Source: Styela clava (lineage: Eukaryota). From it: 64,000 nt of DNA. Shown piece after piece: positions 1 through 15,992 of this stretch. Every line of letters starts with the position of its first letter. The first letter of the stretch is position 1. The notes beneath the pieces are model-generated. The model did no database searches. It was not told the origin of the DNA and saw nothing but the letters and a program-made list of their open reading frames with translations. The stretch lies in the NCBI RefSeq assembly GCF_964204865.1, contig NC_135255.1, forward strand, positions 9,796,001 to 9,860,000, given 5' to 3'. The position numbers and the translations under genes are program-made.

Positions 1-344
1 AGGAATTTCTGTCGAAAGTTCATAATGGTAATAAAAAGTATTAGTAAGGCAACTGCAGCAGGTACGAATTGGAACTAAGGATATTTGGGGCGATTAAAGA
101 AGCTGAAGACAACATGCTCTTCAGATTGTTTTTCAAATAATATCCATGAATTAGGGGAATTTGTTTAATTAAATCTGTTACTGCTACCATACGATGAAGT
201 GCTCGCAATCAATATGCTTGTGCAAAACGTAAATAAACACACGATTTCTCAAACTATCGGATTTTCACCACTTTCGTTTGAGATATGAAACACGAACACG
301 ACATTGTGATTTTGTTGTCAAATTATGACGTCACTCGAATTTAC

Positions 345-585
345 CTCTGATTATGGTTCCTGTGGTGGCAGGTGGTAAATGAACCCGCCACTCCCGAGTC
401 CAAGCCCGCCATTGCAAACTCCATGAGTATTTCATCCGTCAAATATATTCCGAAATTTATGTTAACTACTCTTATTTTCTGTCTTTGTACGATCAATACT
501 TTACCGTTGTCGTATTGTATCTCAAGCATACATTATTGCCTAAGTTATATTAAACCATAACCTTATATTAGTGCTACATGTAAAT
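345..585 (-). other. Possible exon of a minus-strand gene continuing beyond the left window edge
   Basis: On the minus strand, a polypyrimidine acceptor (atttttattttcag) precedes 585 and an AG|gtaaat donor follows 345. The GC-richer 3' part reads MEFAMAGLDSGVAGSFTTCHHRNHNQ. No homology recognised. Confidence 0.25.
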
Positions 586-3500
586 CTGAAAATAAAAAAT
601 TGTAGTAGGTTAGAACAATGAACACGTTAGTGTTTGTTAGGCATTTATAAAATTATTCCAGTGAGTTGTTGACTCAATTGTGAAGATGATGTAAAGGACT
701 CAAGGACGACCAACCTACATACATGTTACCAATACAAAATACTATTTCTAGAAATCAAATTACTGGGTAAACTATTTAGCTACGAGGGGGATAAAAACGT
801 GTGGTTGTATTATTCTTAACATTAGGGTGAAATTGTACCCCCATCTGCAAGCCGTCTGTGTCACATGGTGTATCAGTTTATCGTCTTCGATTTCTCCAAC
901 ATTTAGTGATGTAGTGGTTAAACGACTGCGAGTTCCACAAACCTATGAATGAAATTTGGCATGTGTTTTTTAAAACCTTCTTGTCATTTAATTTCAAAAC
1001 ACTAAAATTTGTATGCAAGCAAAAATGTCGTTTTAATTAATTAAATACAATTTAATAATCTAATTGTAGAGAAAAATTTATAGTGATCGTATACTTCTAT
1101 ATTAAGGTAGCTACTGTTCGAAGCAATCGTGAATAAAAATGCTAAAATTAAGAAGACTAAGATTTCATTTCCATACTTCATATAAGCTGCCTTTCAAACA
1201 AACTAATACTACTTAAACACAGCCGGATCAATTGAGACAGGAAACTTACTACTCTTATCCTATAATTCGCCTTATCAAATCCTAAATCAAGCTAACCCCT
1301 CGAGGACTATCGTGTAATTAAGGAACAAGACAGAACAGATGTGTAATATCAAAAGAAGTTTTCCATTTCTGGTAAGACTCGACGGTTCTTGGATACATTC
1401 ATTCTATCCTATCATAGAAAAAGTTATATTTATTCGCTAAAACTTGGGGGAAATCTAACAGAAATAGTTACCAAGCAACACAAATTCGGCATTGGGTTCG
1501 CTGAAACAATAAATTAAGATTATGATCTCTTCTATCTGATGCTTACAGTACATTTTGGTTTATATTTCCTCCCACTACTCTACAATATTGTAGCATATAT
1601 AAAACTCGAGAGAGATTAATGCGTCCCACAGGCATTGAAACGGTAAGGGATCAATAGCCAATCTTGCGAGGAATATCCATTAGACTTGTGGTTGTATTCT
1701 CTCGCACAAGTTAAGCAGGACGTTTTGCTCTTGCCTCATAAATAGTAATAAGACGATTCAAATTGGAACCGTCAACGGCCGACTTGACATCTTTTAACAT
1801 CATTATGTTGAGGTGTAAATGAGCTCTTAATCTAGCATTGTGCGTGTTTGGTGTTTGTTCTTGATCGTATCGTGGATAAGTGTTTCTGCTGGAAATGACG
1901 AAGATTGCGTTATTCATACCATTATAGACATCACACTTTTTTGTTGGTACTTTTCTCTAAATATTGCTACGACTGTTTGTACATCGACACGTGATGTGAA
2001 GCTTTAAGAATGTATTATCTATTATATTTACTGAACTATGACAACAATGAAATCGGCAGCAGTTGGTGGTGGCCCTTCAACTTAATTGAATGGTCTTCCA
2101 TGGCAAGGTTATTGTGACATTGTAAACCTCGGAGTATTTTACACAAATTAGCATTGATTTAAAATAAATGCTGTTGCTTTTTTTACAAACAAATTGTCTT
2201 TATAATTTATAACATCCAAATACAATTTAATCTTAGTCAATATTTCATTTATATCACCTCTCCTAAGCATATGCTTTGTACAGATAGCGTGAATTGTGCG
2301 AGATACCATAAATAAGATCAGTACATCTAGAGAAAATACATTACGCTTCTACATTAAATTAACGTCTAATTGAAAAATGAAGAATATCTGAACAGAAGGT
2401 TTTGTTTGCTTGGGATAGTGTTTTTATGTAGCTTCAACTCCGGAAGCCATTTTATTCACCAAATCATAAATAAATCCATGTTTGAAATCATCAATTCTTC
2501 GACATGTTAGCGTTATATCTGCCGACTGACTTTTCAAAACGAATCATTCAAGTGGTAAATTCGCAAAAAGGCTTGTTCTCGTTTTTTTTTTTAATATCAC
2601 ATCTACTTTGCAATATATTACATTCAGCTATACAAATTACACGTGGTAATGACCTCCCCGACTAACATCGTATCACGGCGATCTACCAAAATAAAATCAA
2701 GGTGGTGATTTTATCTAATCGCTTTATCGTGAAGCAAATACCGAAGTCGCAATTCAATAACCGAAGAAACTACGTCAATAATCTATAACTAATAACGTAA
2801 AATATTGATAATTGAAGAATTATATGGCGTACGTTGAACCATAAATAATACCGCACATTAACTAATATACATTAAAATTACACACCGTATAGCGTAAATG
2901 AGCCATCAGCGCATTATATATTTAGTAACAGGAATTACCAGTATGATCATGTTTTGGAATGTATTAAATATGGAAATTTCAGTTTATACTTGCTTTCATA
3001 TTTCGACTATTTACTCCATTAATGAAATACCCGAAATTCTCAAACGCAACTACGAATGTTTAGAATTCATGTACCAGTGTCCAATGCCCACGAAAGGGTA
3101 ATAACTTAAAATAAAGGTACGGAGAATTTATATCATATCGTATTCAGTCTTAGAAAACTTAAAATTTACCTGCGTCGCGCGTTCACCGTGTAAGATTTCA
3201 ATGCAATCTGACACAGTTATGTTTGGAGCAATACTTGACTCATTTATGAAGGTTTTCTGAAAGGCATTTCGTCCACCATCATCGAAGAAATCATTTCAAC
3301 AATTTTCAATCACAACTTATTATCTCACGAATTAATGAGATTCGATATGCGGATTGTCACTTTGGGACCATACGTCAATACCAAATTCGTAATGGGGTGT
3401 CCAAAAATAAAAATAACAAAACTGCAATCTTTGTGCGTTTAGAATATGTAAAATCGATTTTTTTTCAACGTTAAGTAAGATAGATAACGGAAATGATAAT

Positions 3501-6500
3501 ATCCGACACCACAACCCATTTGAACGTCACATTCAGGTGCCGGCGGAAGAAAATCCGAACTATATTTAGAAAACGACGACACACTGATCGTATCTGTTTT
3601 ATCACAGCATGTTGCCAGATATTATTTTATTAGCAACATTCAGAGTTTTTCCTTTATCGTTGCAATTATTAATCAAATAATATAATTTGTAGCATCTAAC
3701 CTCACTCTCCTCCCATTCAAAAAACATCAATCAACCTAAACTAGGAATAATTTCCGATGCCAGGTTGAAACACGTGGATATAAAATTCTCTTCAATATAA
3801 AATCGTTAGTGTCTTATTCCAATACGTTACCGAGCGGAAAATAGAATTATATACCTAATAAATAAATATTAGGTTTTATAGTTATTAAAAATGAAATTAG
3901 ATTCACTCGAATGACTGAGGCATTTAGAGAAGTTTATTGGTTTTTACTGCGTGATGTTATTATATATATATATATATATTCATTATATTATTAATGATAT
4001 TAAAATTGAACAACACACAATGGTTTCAGATGTTTAAATCAATGCGGTATTCCAGTTTACCTAATAAACCTCTTGATAGTTATTATTTTATTCTCATAAA
4101 CAAGAAGAAAGCACTCGCAGTTCAGTGCACACTACCCTAATACCCCCATTATTTTCTTAACTTTTACAAGAACTGCGACTGAATACCAAAAGCGTCTAGT
4201 TACAGGTTCAGTCTTGACTGCATCTACCGTGTCGATGAACCGTGCATATTCAACAGAAGTGTTAATGAGAGAACTTCGGATGACAGTTGCCAGAAACAAT
4301 TTGAAACATTGGTCAATATCAGTATCTTTTAACCGTGAGGAACAGAAGACAAAAAGCTTATCAAAATACCACAAAATAAGTGAGTGCAATAGTTTACAAT
4401 AATTGAGTATGGAACGCAATTCAACAAAATCTGACCTTCTATGCTTTAATATGCAATATAGACAAATTCCACAATACTTTAATTAAAAGATATTGCTCAT
4501 CCACAAAGCCATACGCGACAGGTTCAATAGCTTCGAGTTTCTGACGAATACCGCGTCACCGGCGCGGATACCGTCCGTCTTGTGTGCCTATTTACGTTAT
4601 GAGATAAGCCGTGATCAATACGACGCCTAATATCGTAACGTCTCAGAATCTGTCCACAGCAATAAACTATGAAAACATCTACAAGTTGGTACAGACAATA
4701 ATAAATACTAAGTAATATCATTACCACTGATAAAATTGATATCATTTACTCATATGTGGAGAATATTTGAGGAAAGACAAGATTATGGGTTGACAACTTT
4801 AACCATCGTAGTGTGTTTCCACCGCAATTGCGATTGATTTCAATTATCGGATGAATATTTTAAAACCAGCTGAAAAAGCAGCACGGTTGTCGCCATGTCC
4901 TAAACGTGTATTATTCATGAATGCGTGGCCTAAAAGCAAGTTTTACGGGAGTTTCAAAGACTGTATGGTATGGCTGCGTCCGGTATTTGGAATGCTCATC
5001 GTGAACAACTTAAATGCATGCTTCTTCGTTTAGCAAATTCCATATTGAAATATTAATTTTAGGCTTTTAATTTGAATTTCACGATGTTTTGTCATAACAA
5101 AGACTACATGCCTCGCAATACGCTTTGCGAGGACCTAATCTTTCGCATATGAATAATCTGTTGTGGAACTTCCATGACTGGTTACAGTCATACTGAAAAC
5201 GAAGGTTATCAAGATTTGGAGTGGAAAGAAAATACGTGAATTCAGCATATACTCAAAATACATTCGCACTTCGCTTCTTTGGCCCAATATGACCAAGTTT
5301 GTAAATGATGCATGAAACGAATTGTGGATTTTTTTGTTTGACACATTTCTTTAACTTTTAACTTCTCTAATTGGTCAAAATCAATTTCTTTTTGCGTCAT
5401 CACCCCTTTTTACGAACTGAAAGTACTGAAAAAGTTATTCTATAAGTATTGTATGAATTCGAAATTTTGGTACCAGTTTTTTGGCTTCCCTGAGAATGGA
5501 AAATAAATGACTAACTAACTATCATGAATGGCAAAAATATAAATTCACAGATATATACAAGGCACCCCGATGTAGGTGTGATAGAGTTGAGCATGACAAT
5601 GCTAAGAACATCATTATTTCTTACAGCTAGCAACATTACAGTAGTTTCTCATGCCGTACATAACCAGACCATGATGTCTTTCCATAGTATCTCGCAGCGT
5701 ATAAATTTCCTTGTGGCAGAATCGCCATTTCGTTAAAACGGAAAGGGGGCTAAAAGCGAGATCCATGCCTCTAATAAATTATTTACGGTGATACAAACTG
5801 GAACGATATTGAAAAAGAGAAACTTAACACTATACTTCCAAAGGACAAGCGACTTTTACAACCATCCAATTTGCCGATGGTCTTGACCCCGTTAAACTAA
5901 AGTAAACATTCCAATCAACTGTCGCAATAGAAGAATGATGAAAATTGAATAGAGACCAATTTGTGTGTGCTCGCGTCAACGTAGAATTGAATATGAATAG
6001 TAAATGAAATTACAGCAATTGTAAATTCTCGAATAAACTGACAAACATCACACTGGCACGAAATGTTTGAAGTTTATTAAAATCAATGGATTCATTTGGA
6101 ATTTTATGTTACTGTAGGATATATATATACAAAGGTATTGTCTTATAAATGGCGACGTGATTAATAAACAGAATTCATCTATAATTGCTATAGAATTTGA
6201 ATTGCATTCTGATAATTTAGATCAACTTTATTCACTGAGTGTATCGGTTCACAAATATAAGTTGTGGATATAGGATAGAACAAGTATTGTAATAGCAACT
6301 TAACGTACTGGATATATATATATATATAATATGAAAATTACATTGTGTTTTTATTCAATTTGATATATCTTTTGAGTCAAGAAGGTCTCGTTATTATGCT
6401 GGTATTGCTTTTCGAGTCGCGTAATATTTTTGGTAATATTGAAGCCAACATGAAATGCATTGAAATGTCGGCTCAAAATTTTAGCAACACAGAGTAGCCT

Positions 6501-9500
6501 ACTTACCTGGTTTCATAGATGAAAAGTTTTTCAGATTCAACACACGAAAAAAATTAAATTGTGAAAATCTTGAGTAACTACAACATGCGTTGTTTTCCTA
6601 GTGTTGAAGCTGTTCATTATCTGAACTTAATTTTTTTTCAACTCTTCTTCGGCCTCTGAATGCTTTCTCACTTTTCTATCTTGCCCCTTCTGATATACCA
6701 CCAACATAATCAGCTGAAATATTTTATATTCACTGAAAGGGGCTCCAAATAAAGTATATATTTTAAATCCATCCTTTTGTCTGGGTTTACACGTAAGCAG
6801 AAACGTTGCGTCTTAATTTATTTACGTTCGATTATTGAAACACGTGGCGGACTAGGATTGACGTTTACGCAGAAACTTTTTCGCAGTTTTTACGCCCGTT
6901 ATCGAATCTGGTATTTTGCTTCACTCGATCGTTAGTGTTAAGTTAAAGGCTAGAAATCGCATTAGGGTGAGTTTATCGCGACATGTACACAGAAAAGCAA
7001 TTAGAACTGAACTAATTCATAACCCCATCGATTTAGCCGCTAGATGAGCCTATTGAGGCAAACAGTAAGCGCTGACGACAAATTTATTGTAGATCGGACT
7101 CCATTCATACACTACCCAACGTTTTGAAATCTATTTCAAAAAAAGAATACAGGTTTAAATTATTCGGAATGCGAGATATTCGTATTTTACGCCACGCAGT
7201 TAAGCACTTACCTTAATGATTCATTGTTTATTCTCCGAATAACTCGCAGTCCTTTATCTTGCCATAGTGAAATTTTAATTTTCCAAATTTTCAGATAATT
7301 AGTTCTAAATGAAGTTATTCAAACGTCACTTTTCCAATTCGGCAATTTAATCCGTTTCGAAAAATTATTCACATTTTCGAAAGAATAAAACTTACCAGAT
7401 TTTTCGCGTATTTGAATATTTGAATTAATTCGGGAATTATTCTAGTCGATTATGGGCCTTACTTAAATTGAACAATTTCGACTTTTCCGCGATGGTCAAT
7501 AGGTAAATAAATAGGCATGACAATTGAATTCCTGTAAAAAGAATCTTCCCTTAAAATTTTAACAGTGCTTTTTAGGTTGGTTTTTGAATGGCAAAAAATA
7601 ATCATTCGCCGGTCGCCTGAAAGCTTCTCTCTCTTGGGATTATGGACATTGGGCGTAAAACGGAAATTACATAAATGAATATTACGCATGAATGAATATT
7701 ATAGTTTGCGTGTGTATATTGCACTGAAAATATCAGAATTACGTTATGTTTTAATCGACAATATTGTAATTGACATAGGTATCTCAATGCTACGAAGAAC
7801 AATGAAACATTAAATGCGGTTAATTAAATACTAACATAAAGAGAATATGTGTACATTCATCCATAATATATTTCCTCTTTTGCTTTATAACATTTAAGCT
7901 ATTATAGACGCAAATCATTAATTTGTGTGATCATTAATTGGGTTTCAGATCTATCAAACACTAATCAGAACCCGAATCAGGAATTCCTCATTCAGAATTC
8001 CGGCGTAGGTCTGAAAGCTGAAAATAGCCTATCAGAAGTAGCTGTCTTTAATCAGTAGCCAGCACGGATGACGACTCCTGTTTTGAATGTGATTTACAAA
8101 AATGTTTGTTTGTTCATCTCGACCTTCAATCCCACAGATTACCAAAACTGAATTTGACTTTGTTTTCTGATAGTTATTACAGAGCCATTATTTTATTAAA
8201 ACTTTGCGTGCAAACAATGCGATTCTATGTTGATTATACATTTTTTAATTTACCCAAATCAAGCGATCAATATGGTGTAATAAAAGAACTTCTTTATATT
8301 GTAGTTGGTGTTATAGTTCATTTCTTTTATTTTTCTTATTGATGATTTCTTTAGCGTCCGCAAATTATAAGGATAAGAACTTGGCAAAGAACAATTACAA
8401 CCTGGAGATTCCCATCGGAAACATTAAACTGTATTGGGACGAGGCACCCTCCCCACATTAATAAGCATTACGCCGAAATTACTGAACTCTATAGCGCCAC
8501 CTTGCTGAAATCCGATGTCTATTGCTATGATGTGATGAGATATTGAGGAATACCACCTGTTAGACACAAAATGGACCTATGGGTCGTTTTGTTATTATTG
8601 TTTTTGTTCGTATTTCTCTTTTCGTTTTTATGAAAAAATCGCTTTTCTCATTAACTACTGGATCAATTCCTTATTTTACTGTGGTTTTTATTTATTTATT
8701 TAGTATGTAAAACAATCGAGGACATATATATATATATATATATGTTTTTTAAATATCATAAACAATCCGAAGTGGATGCTCAAATAAAAATTCACACTTG
8801 ATCAAATTATTCAATGTTGTATTATGTGAATGTAATGTACAATTCTCTGCTCTCGCCTGGTTAATCCAGAATATCAGCATATATTCGAGTTCTTATTTCT
8901 GAAAATGTTTTTGAGATCGAATGTAAGCCTATCGTAGCGATATTTTACAAAAAAAGGGCATGACAAGCTCGACCGCAAGTCAAATTTATAGAATAATTTT
9001 ATTTAGTCCCATAGATGGAGAAGAAACGTTACCGACGGACCTCATGCTTGTATCCGTATCAGCGCCTGAGATACAAATTGATGACAGGAAACATTTGCAC
9101 TTGCCTACATTTTTGTACTTGGTATCAATATTCTATATTAGTATGTTTGAATGGCACATGTAAAATGTTTAAAGCAACGGTGTGTATTTTTACAATTCAT
9201 ATGAGAGCCACATGTAAACTAAACGGAAAGATTACTATTAGCAGTGTCGCAAGCGACGATAAGGCCAATGAGTTATACATATATACATATTTACTGTTGT
9301 GAAAATGTTGACACACTATTAGAACTGTTGGGTGTGGCCGAACAATAAGTTTATCCTATCGTCGATGTATATATAAGGAGGGAAGAAAATTTTCCAAAAT
9401 AAAGTTATTGAGGAAACAATTTTAGCATACCAAATTACGTTGGAAAGTTGGAGTCTCCGCAGTAAATACCACAGTGTCGAAACCACAACAACGTTCATTG

Positions 9501-11862
9501 CTAAATATGTAGTAAAATAGACTGAGTTCGGTTTCAGGAACATGAGAACGATCATGCCCATATAAAACTTATGTCATATATGACTCATATTGTCATTGTT
9601 TTCAACATGATATTCAATGTTTAATTCTCTATTGAAATGTTCTGTGTATAGTTTGCAAAACTTAACTCAAAAAAAACTTTCACTGGAAATAATACACGAC
9701 TTTTTCCATAATAAAGTATGGATAAAATGCACGAAAACAAGTAACGTCAGATTGTCAGGCAGCAAAACTATCAATATATTACTGATGTAATACTACGGTG
9801 AATTATTTTGTTATGTGCACGCCTTCATTTCGATTACACCTAACATTGAACTGGAACTTTCGACAGTTTGGAAAAAAAGAGGTTTGAAAAGAATAATCGG
9901 CCTGTTGTATTTACATAATGAAAGCAATGCCCTCACAAAGCCAGTATTCGAAACGGCGCCGGTCAGGGAGTAGTCATGAAAGAAAAATTGATGAAATAAA
10001 ACAATTAAATTATAATATACGTCTGTATGGTGTTCATATATTTCAAAAATACTCTACTATGTCCGTTTTGAACAAAGAAAATTCTTTGCAATTTGGAACC
10101 AAATTTGGAATGCAAATTGCTCAACTTTCGACTTCAATCGACTGAAAAATATGGTCTGGTAGCAGGATGAACTTGCATTGACTAGTTATAGTTTTCCACG
10201 TGGCGTTTCTGGTAACAACGAATTGCATTGCTGAATATTATTAATTGTCAAATCAGATCAAATATCCAATGCACTAATGAATATAAGTAATACATTTCTA
10301 TACCAAACATTGGAAAATCTGCTCAAGCCCATTTATTAGGAATTTATTTTCCGGAAATTTAAGTTAGATGTAATAAAAAGGAACGCCTCGATCGACACAA
10401 TGTTATATAGAGCGTGGGCTAAATTATGATGACGTTAACGACGAATTCAGGAAGCGTAATCGCTTATCGCCATCAATGATAAGGCATTGAATATGAAAAC
10501 TTTTTGTCGGCAATTTGAGATATGTTCAGAGGTCGATAAATGGAGAGGGCGTTATGTTTAAATCCGATCTTGGGGTCTCCTTCTCGTAACATCCCAACAC
10601 AATATTATACTTCGAATACATCAGAAACAATACGAGTAATCCATAGAATGAGTGGTGTGCGAGAAATTGTAGTGAACTCTTTTCAGAGAACGTATATACA
10701 GAGCAAAAGAAGATGTAAGATCACGTCGTTTTTCTAGTTGTTGGTCGTAAACGATTTCATTAATGGTTTTCCACACGACGGTTAAACATTGTTTTTATGA
10801 TTCAATTGTTCGATAAGCTCATGCATTCAGTGCCGTATAAAAGATAATTAAAATTTTTCAAACTCATGACATAATAGCGGCATGATTTTTTCGATGATCT
10901 AATTCTAGTTGAAAATATTGTAATATTAACAGATCTTTGTGCTTTATGCTTCACTATCTCGCCCCGGATAACGCTATATCAGGAAACAGATACCCGAGCA
11001 TACGTGATTACTGGTCCATTTTTTTATTTTCCGCTTGGCTAATACAATATTTACGCATATTCGGAATAATTTGAAAAATGGAATATATATATATATAAAC
11101 TTTGATTGCATAAGTGTAACAAGATTTTATTATATGTAATTAAAGAGTCCTTCTGCTCGCAAACACAAATGTACTTCTGTGACGTTAAGTCTGATTAAAG
11201 TCATACTTTCTCAGACAAGCAGTTTACAACAATGACAAGAAAAGAACAATCATGCGGTTAAAATATAGCGATGAATAAATTTGTTTAAAATTTAAATTTC
11301 AGATTAATTGCAACCAAACAATGGATAAACAATTATTTATATTTAGTAAGCAGAGTACGATGTGAAAATGCGATGGGTATCTATAGATTAAAATAACTGT
11401 TTCGTAGCGTTCTCAACTGATAGTTATATATATATTACTATAATTTAGTAAACCATAATTTTATGTCGTTTCATGTTAACCAGGGCGTCAAAATAGGGAG
11501 AAGTCACGTCATTGTCCAGGTTCGAGTAATTTAGATACAGTTTATCATCGATGGAAACTACAGTGAAATATGAGTAAACTCGGAATGTTTTTATTCATTG
11601 CATCCGATCAATAACCTTTATTGTGATTGATAATTATTTTAATGAATGGGGAAGTAATGTTCTATGCTTTCGTGTAGGTAAACAAGCACTACTTCATGAA
11701 TATGTGTAACACGAATGTTCCATTTTATAAAAGATATTGAAAGGTATAACATTATGTCATGTGTTTAGTGTAAGCAGTCTAGGAATGTACAAAAAGCGGT
11801 ACGAAGATCTTGAAAATTATTCCTTCGATTTGTTCCGAAAGTGAAACAACTAACTCGAAAAA

Positions 11863-13242
11863 ATGAAGTTTTTACTCGTTCTCGTGGCAACCGTTGCGTA
11901 TGCAACAGCAGGTAAGGTAATTTTTGGTTCAGAACGAGTCTCTAGACTAGACAACCGCGTCGGAATGTATTTAGAACTGTCGTAATTTTCCTGGCCAGGT
12001 TTATACCCAAATTCTTAATATATTTATTACGGGGTTATTCAGCTTGTGGGAACGAGGTTTGCAGTCGGTATCTTAAATTTACAACTTATCATAAATTTAC
12101 CTCAACGTAAGATTATTCTTTAAATGTATAATCCGTTATGTCGTCTTCAATGGCATATCTGTAACAGACATGCACAGCGACTGGTAAATATCAATTTCTT
12201 CTAATGGTAGCATAAGAAGAACACGGAATCCATAAAATTCCGGGGATGAACCCATACAATAAAGCTTTAATCGAAAATAAAATAATCTAACTAGCCTACT
12301 GGGAAAATTTATGGATTTCAATTTTTTTTTCAGCTCCTGCCTGCAAAGGAAAAATTTCAGATGGTTTCTGTTATTTCATTGGTAAAATGGCGCGAGGTGG
12401 TGCTCTGGTAGAACAGGCTGAAAGCAACTGTGAGCAAGAGGGAGCAGCACTTGGTCAATTCAGAAGCTTGAAGGCATACAGTCAGGTTCACGATTTCCTG
12501 CTTGCCAGTGCACCTGGAACAATGATCCTTACAGGAATGTCATACGATGTAAGTATAAAAATATATACGTGGAACTTTTACTAGTATGTTCCGGTATGTG
12601 GTTTATAAATAATTATTGACGTTTGGTGAATAGCTTTAATATCACTCACCATTATGTGTCCTGCAGTTAAATTACTAGTTTTTTGTCACTTAGAAAAATG
12701 TAAATCCATGCGGGTTTATGTAAAGTTTTCTTGTTATGAGAGTCTTAGGATAGTCCATTGAAAAATTCAAAGGCGGCAAACACACAGCGTGATAAATGAT
12801 GTCGGGGTTGAGGTATTAGTTGCTAAACGGAAAGATAAACACGAGACGTTCATTTTCCATTTTCAAAGAAGTTCCATAATTTGTACCTTAGTACGTAGCT
12901 TCTGAGCATGGCAAACGTTTTTCCATCTACATGCTGAAATTGAACACAAAAAATCATCTCATTCGTGGAAACTGTTGTGACGCTAATCACAACTCTCATT
13001 TTAAATACTCTTTTTTATATTTTCAGCAAAAGTTAAACAAAAAGGTCCCCCTATTGGCGGATGGTGAACCAATTTCCTACAAGCCTAAGTGGTTCGAAGG
13101 TCATCCCATCAAAGAAAACAAACACGGAGAAATGGTTTTTATGGCTAACAGAAACGACAAGTTCAATGGAATGATGAATGCTCAAGATGGCAGCCGTTAC
13201 AGCGTGTACCTGTGCGAAAAAAAAATGGAGGAAGATCTCTAA
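11863..13242 (+). CDS. Secreted C-type lectin-domain protein 1 (159 aa, 3 exons)
   Basis: Exons 11863-11911 (signal peptide MKFLLVLVATVAYATA), 12334-12548 and 13027-13242. GT-AG introns of phase 1 and 0 give an open frame. CTLD pattern: C..DGFCYF, AESNCEQEGAALGQF, LTGM, KWFEGHP, YLCEK. AATAAA at 13329. Confidence 0.9.
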
Positions 13243-15992
13243 ACATACTATAACTTTACATCGATTTCCCATTTTTAATTTATGTTATAATATCAATTGC
13301 CTCAAAAATTTCATAAATGTTTGTGCAAAATAAACATCACGCTTGACAAACACTTGGTAACACGTCATGATTAACTGCATTTGTGGGCGATCATATTCAC
13401 TTCGACCAGTCGCAGCATTCAGTTTGAGCTGGTAGAAAGACGAGATCAAAGTCATATCGGCTTGAGTGCAGATGGCGGCATTTATTCAAATGTTTGTTCC
13501 ATCCGAATGTTAATCAGAACATATTTTAAGGTTGGGCAATGTAGCTCAAAAAATCGCCAACCTGCTCTCGACCGCGATCGACTGAAATCTTTAAAATAGC
13601 TCGCGATCGACTAAATCCCACACAAAAAAGTATGGGTATATAGATAACTGCACACACGCATACAAAAAATTCCATCACTGCCAATAAGAAGGCTTTGTGG
13701 GCGCATTGTGAAATCAACACAAAATTTGTATTTTTTATGTTCCATTTGAGTTGTAGATTTAAATATTTAATTGAACACGGAGTATATGTTTCATCATTTA
13801 TTTAAGATTTCTTCATATCATTCAGATATAAGGCGTGCCTAATTTTTAGTCGTAAGTGTTGAAAATTCTTTATTAAGAAACCTTGCCAAGTACTCATGTA
13901 TTATCTGAACAGCAATAAAAATAATTTTTTAAACCATGAATGTTACATGACTGCTTAAACTTCAGTATCTAATTTACAATTTCCCCCAAGTGCGATTCTT
14001 CGCTCGCTTGTAAACAGAAAAATTGCGCATACTGATGCTATCATTGCGACTAAAATTTATCTCACTACTTTTGGAGTGAGACAATAACTTTGCATATTGC
14101 AGAGGCTATTGTAGGGTCGTTCGTCAGTCAAGACACGCGATATTCGGCACTTCATTTTCAATTGAATAATAAAAATAATTAATTAATTAAATTATATATT
14201 TTTGCGGAGACAGAGGGTATACGTATGCCAAACAGGGATGTGCACATGTTATGCCAACATAGTTGAGTCGAACATTTTGATCACTAGTACATCACACACA
14301 TTATCCTGAGTGCTTCGGTTGTACGTGACAACGCGCACATTTTTCCGCACATGCATCAAATTCCACTTGTTTATTGATCTATAGGTTTTTGAAACCCTTT
14401 TGTGTATGATTTCATCCCTAGAATTTGTACGCTTTTTCTTTCATTCAAGCCGCGTGTTGGAAGTAAGTTTTGTAATATTGCGTGTTGGTTTTCAACTGGT
14501 TTATTTATATCCATCATTTGACATCCTCAAATCGATGATGCCAGTAAATGTTTGACACAAAAAGATCAGTATCATCTGCAATAAAAACAGCAGTACCCAC
14601 TCAAATAACAGCTTGGGGATGGATACTCATATTGTCTGCTCCATCCCGTAGCGTTTCAAAATGAAACCTGCCTCTTACCAGTTTACATGAGTGTCGCTAT
14701 CTAAGCTCAGCCAGAGACAAAAAAGTGCGGTTGGCGTGACGAAATGTTTTCAAATATATATTCAACAATAAGATTATTTGATTGCATATTACTGAAAGTT
14801 ACGTGTTATATGTTATATGTTTTTTCCCATTGCACTATTTCTTTACTGATATTCGATGATAGGACGCATATCTGACATAGTTTTTCAAGTGTTTAGATAG
14901 GTTTAATCTTTTCCACGCAGTTCTGATGGGAATGCGCGAATAAATCTAAGAATCGCTAATATTGGTTTGCAATGCGATGAAATCCCATCTTGGCATTTCT
15001 GCCTCTTGCAATTGCTCCGTATATTTATCGGAGAAGTTCTGTGACGTAGATGTTCTGTCCTCAGTAGATATTGCAGAATTGATCTTTATTTTACCATTTT
15101 ACATGTAATGCTTTTTGTTAAACCTGTTATCTATCGTAAATACAGCACATTTGACTATGTTGTAGTGTAACTTTTTTGGCCTCACTTTTTTGATATTTGT
15201 AGTTAGATCTCTTGGGTCTCTGTCAAACAATGTTACATACAAAATATTCATTGTAAGTTGCAAAATATGATTATGTTGTTGGAATAGCTTTACATTTTAC
15301 TATCCGTATATCATTCATTGTCGAGAATATTAATGAAATCATAAAATCTAAAACCCGTTTTCGTGAATTTTTTTGTTGTAGCTGAACTTGAGGGACAGCA
15401 TGACAACAGGCAAGGGAAGCACGGTCGCCTTTTTCAGTTTCTGGCATGGTTTCTTAAAAGGGGACCCCGGCCTCCTTGGGGACCACGGATCGGTTATCTG
15501 GGCGCATGATCAAACAGATGGAAATGCGAATATATAATAATTATGTATTTTTATAGAAGAGGAGAAGCAAGTGTCGAGAGTCTTTAGCAGTTTGAAAAGC
15601 ATTGGCATAGAACATAAAAATTCATTCTTTCCAAGGGATATACTATGAAATGTAGCAATTTTTTCATTCGTGTTTTCGTGATGGCATTATCTTTCACTGC
15701 ATCGTCGTGATCATCCCGCTGCATAACAATCCTTGCTAACAAATAGTTGACTTTTCTCCACCGGGAGAAATATATTTGCGCACAAACTGTACGCAATCCA
15801 GTTGAACCACTGTCGACTGGATTAGCAGACTTGTATTCTTAATTGCAACAATAGCGGGTATTTTGAAATAGTACTCTTTATTTTATTGTTTCCAACATTG
15901 TTTCCCTATCTATGGGTCGCCTGAAAATATTTTCTGTACGATTTTTTTCAACAAATTTCTAAAAGTTCTCGATTTCATTTCCTAGTAAATTT

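Noticed and set aside
8493-8508. CTCF-like motifs here (minus strand) and at 61594-61606 (plus strand) bracketing the gene cluster
   Set aside because: Both are imperfect matches, expected by chance in 64 kb. The first sits next to a repeat relic shared with ~20760-20850.
13530-15920. GC-rich fragments resembling hAT MITE ends (13555-13615, 15443-15490), and similarly 29010-29025
   Set aside because: No matching opposite TIR or TSD could be identified, so boundaries cannot be supported.
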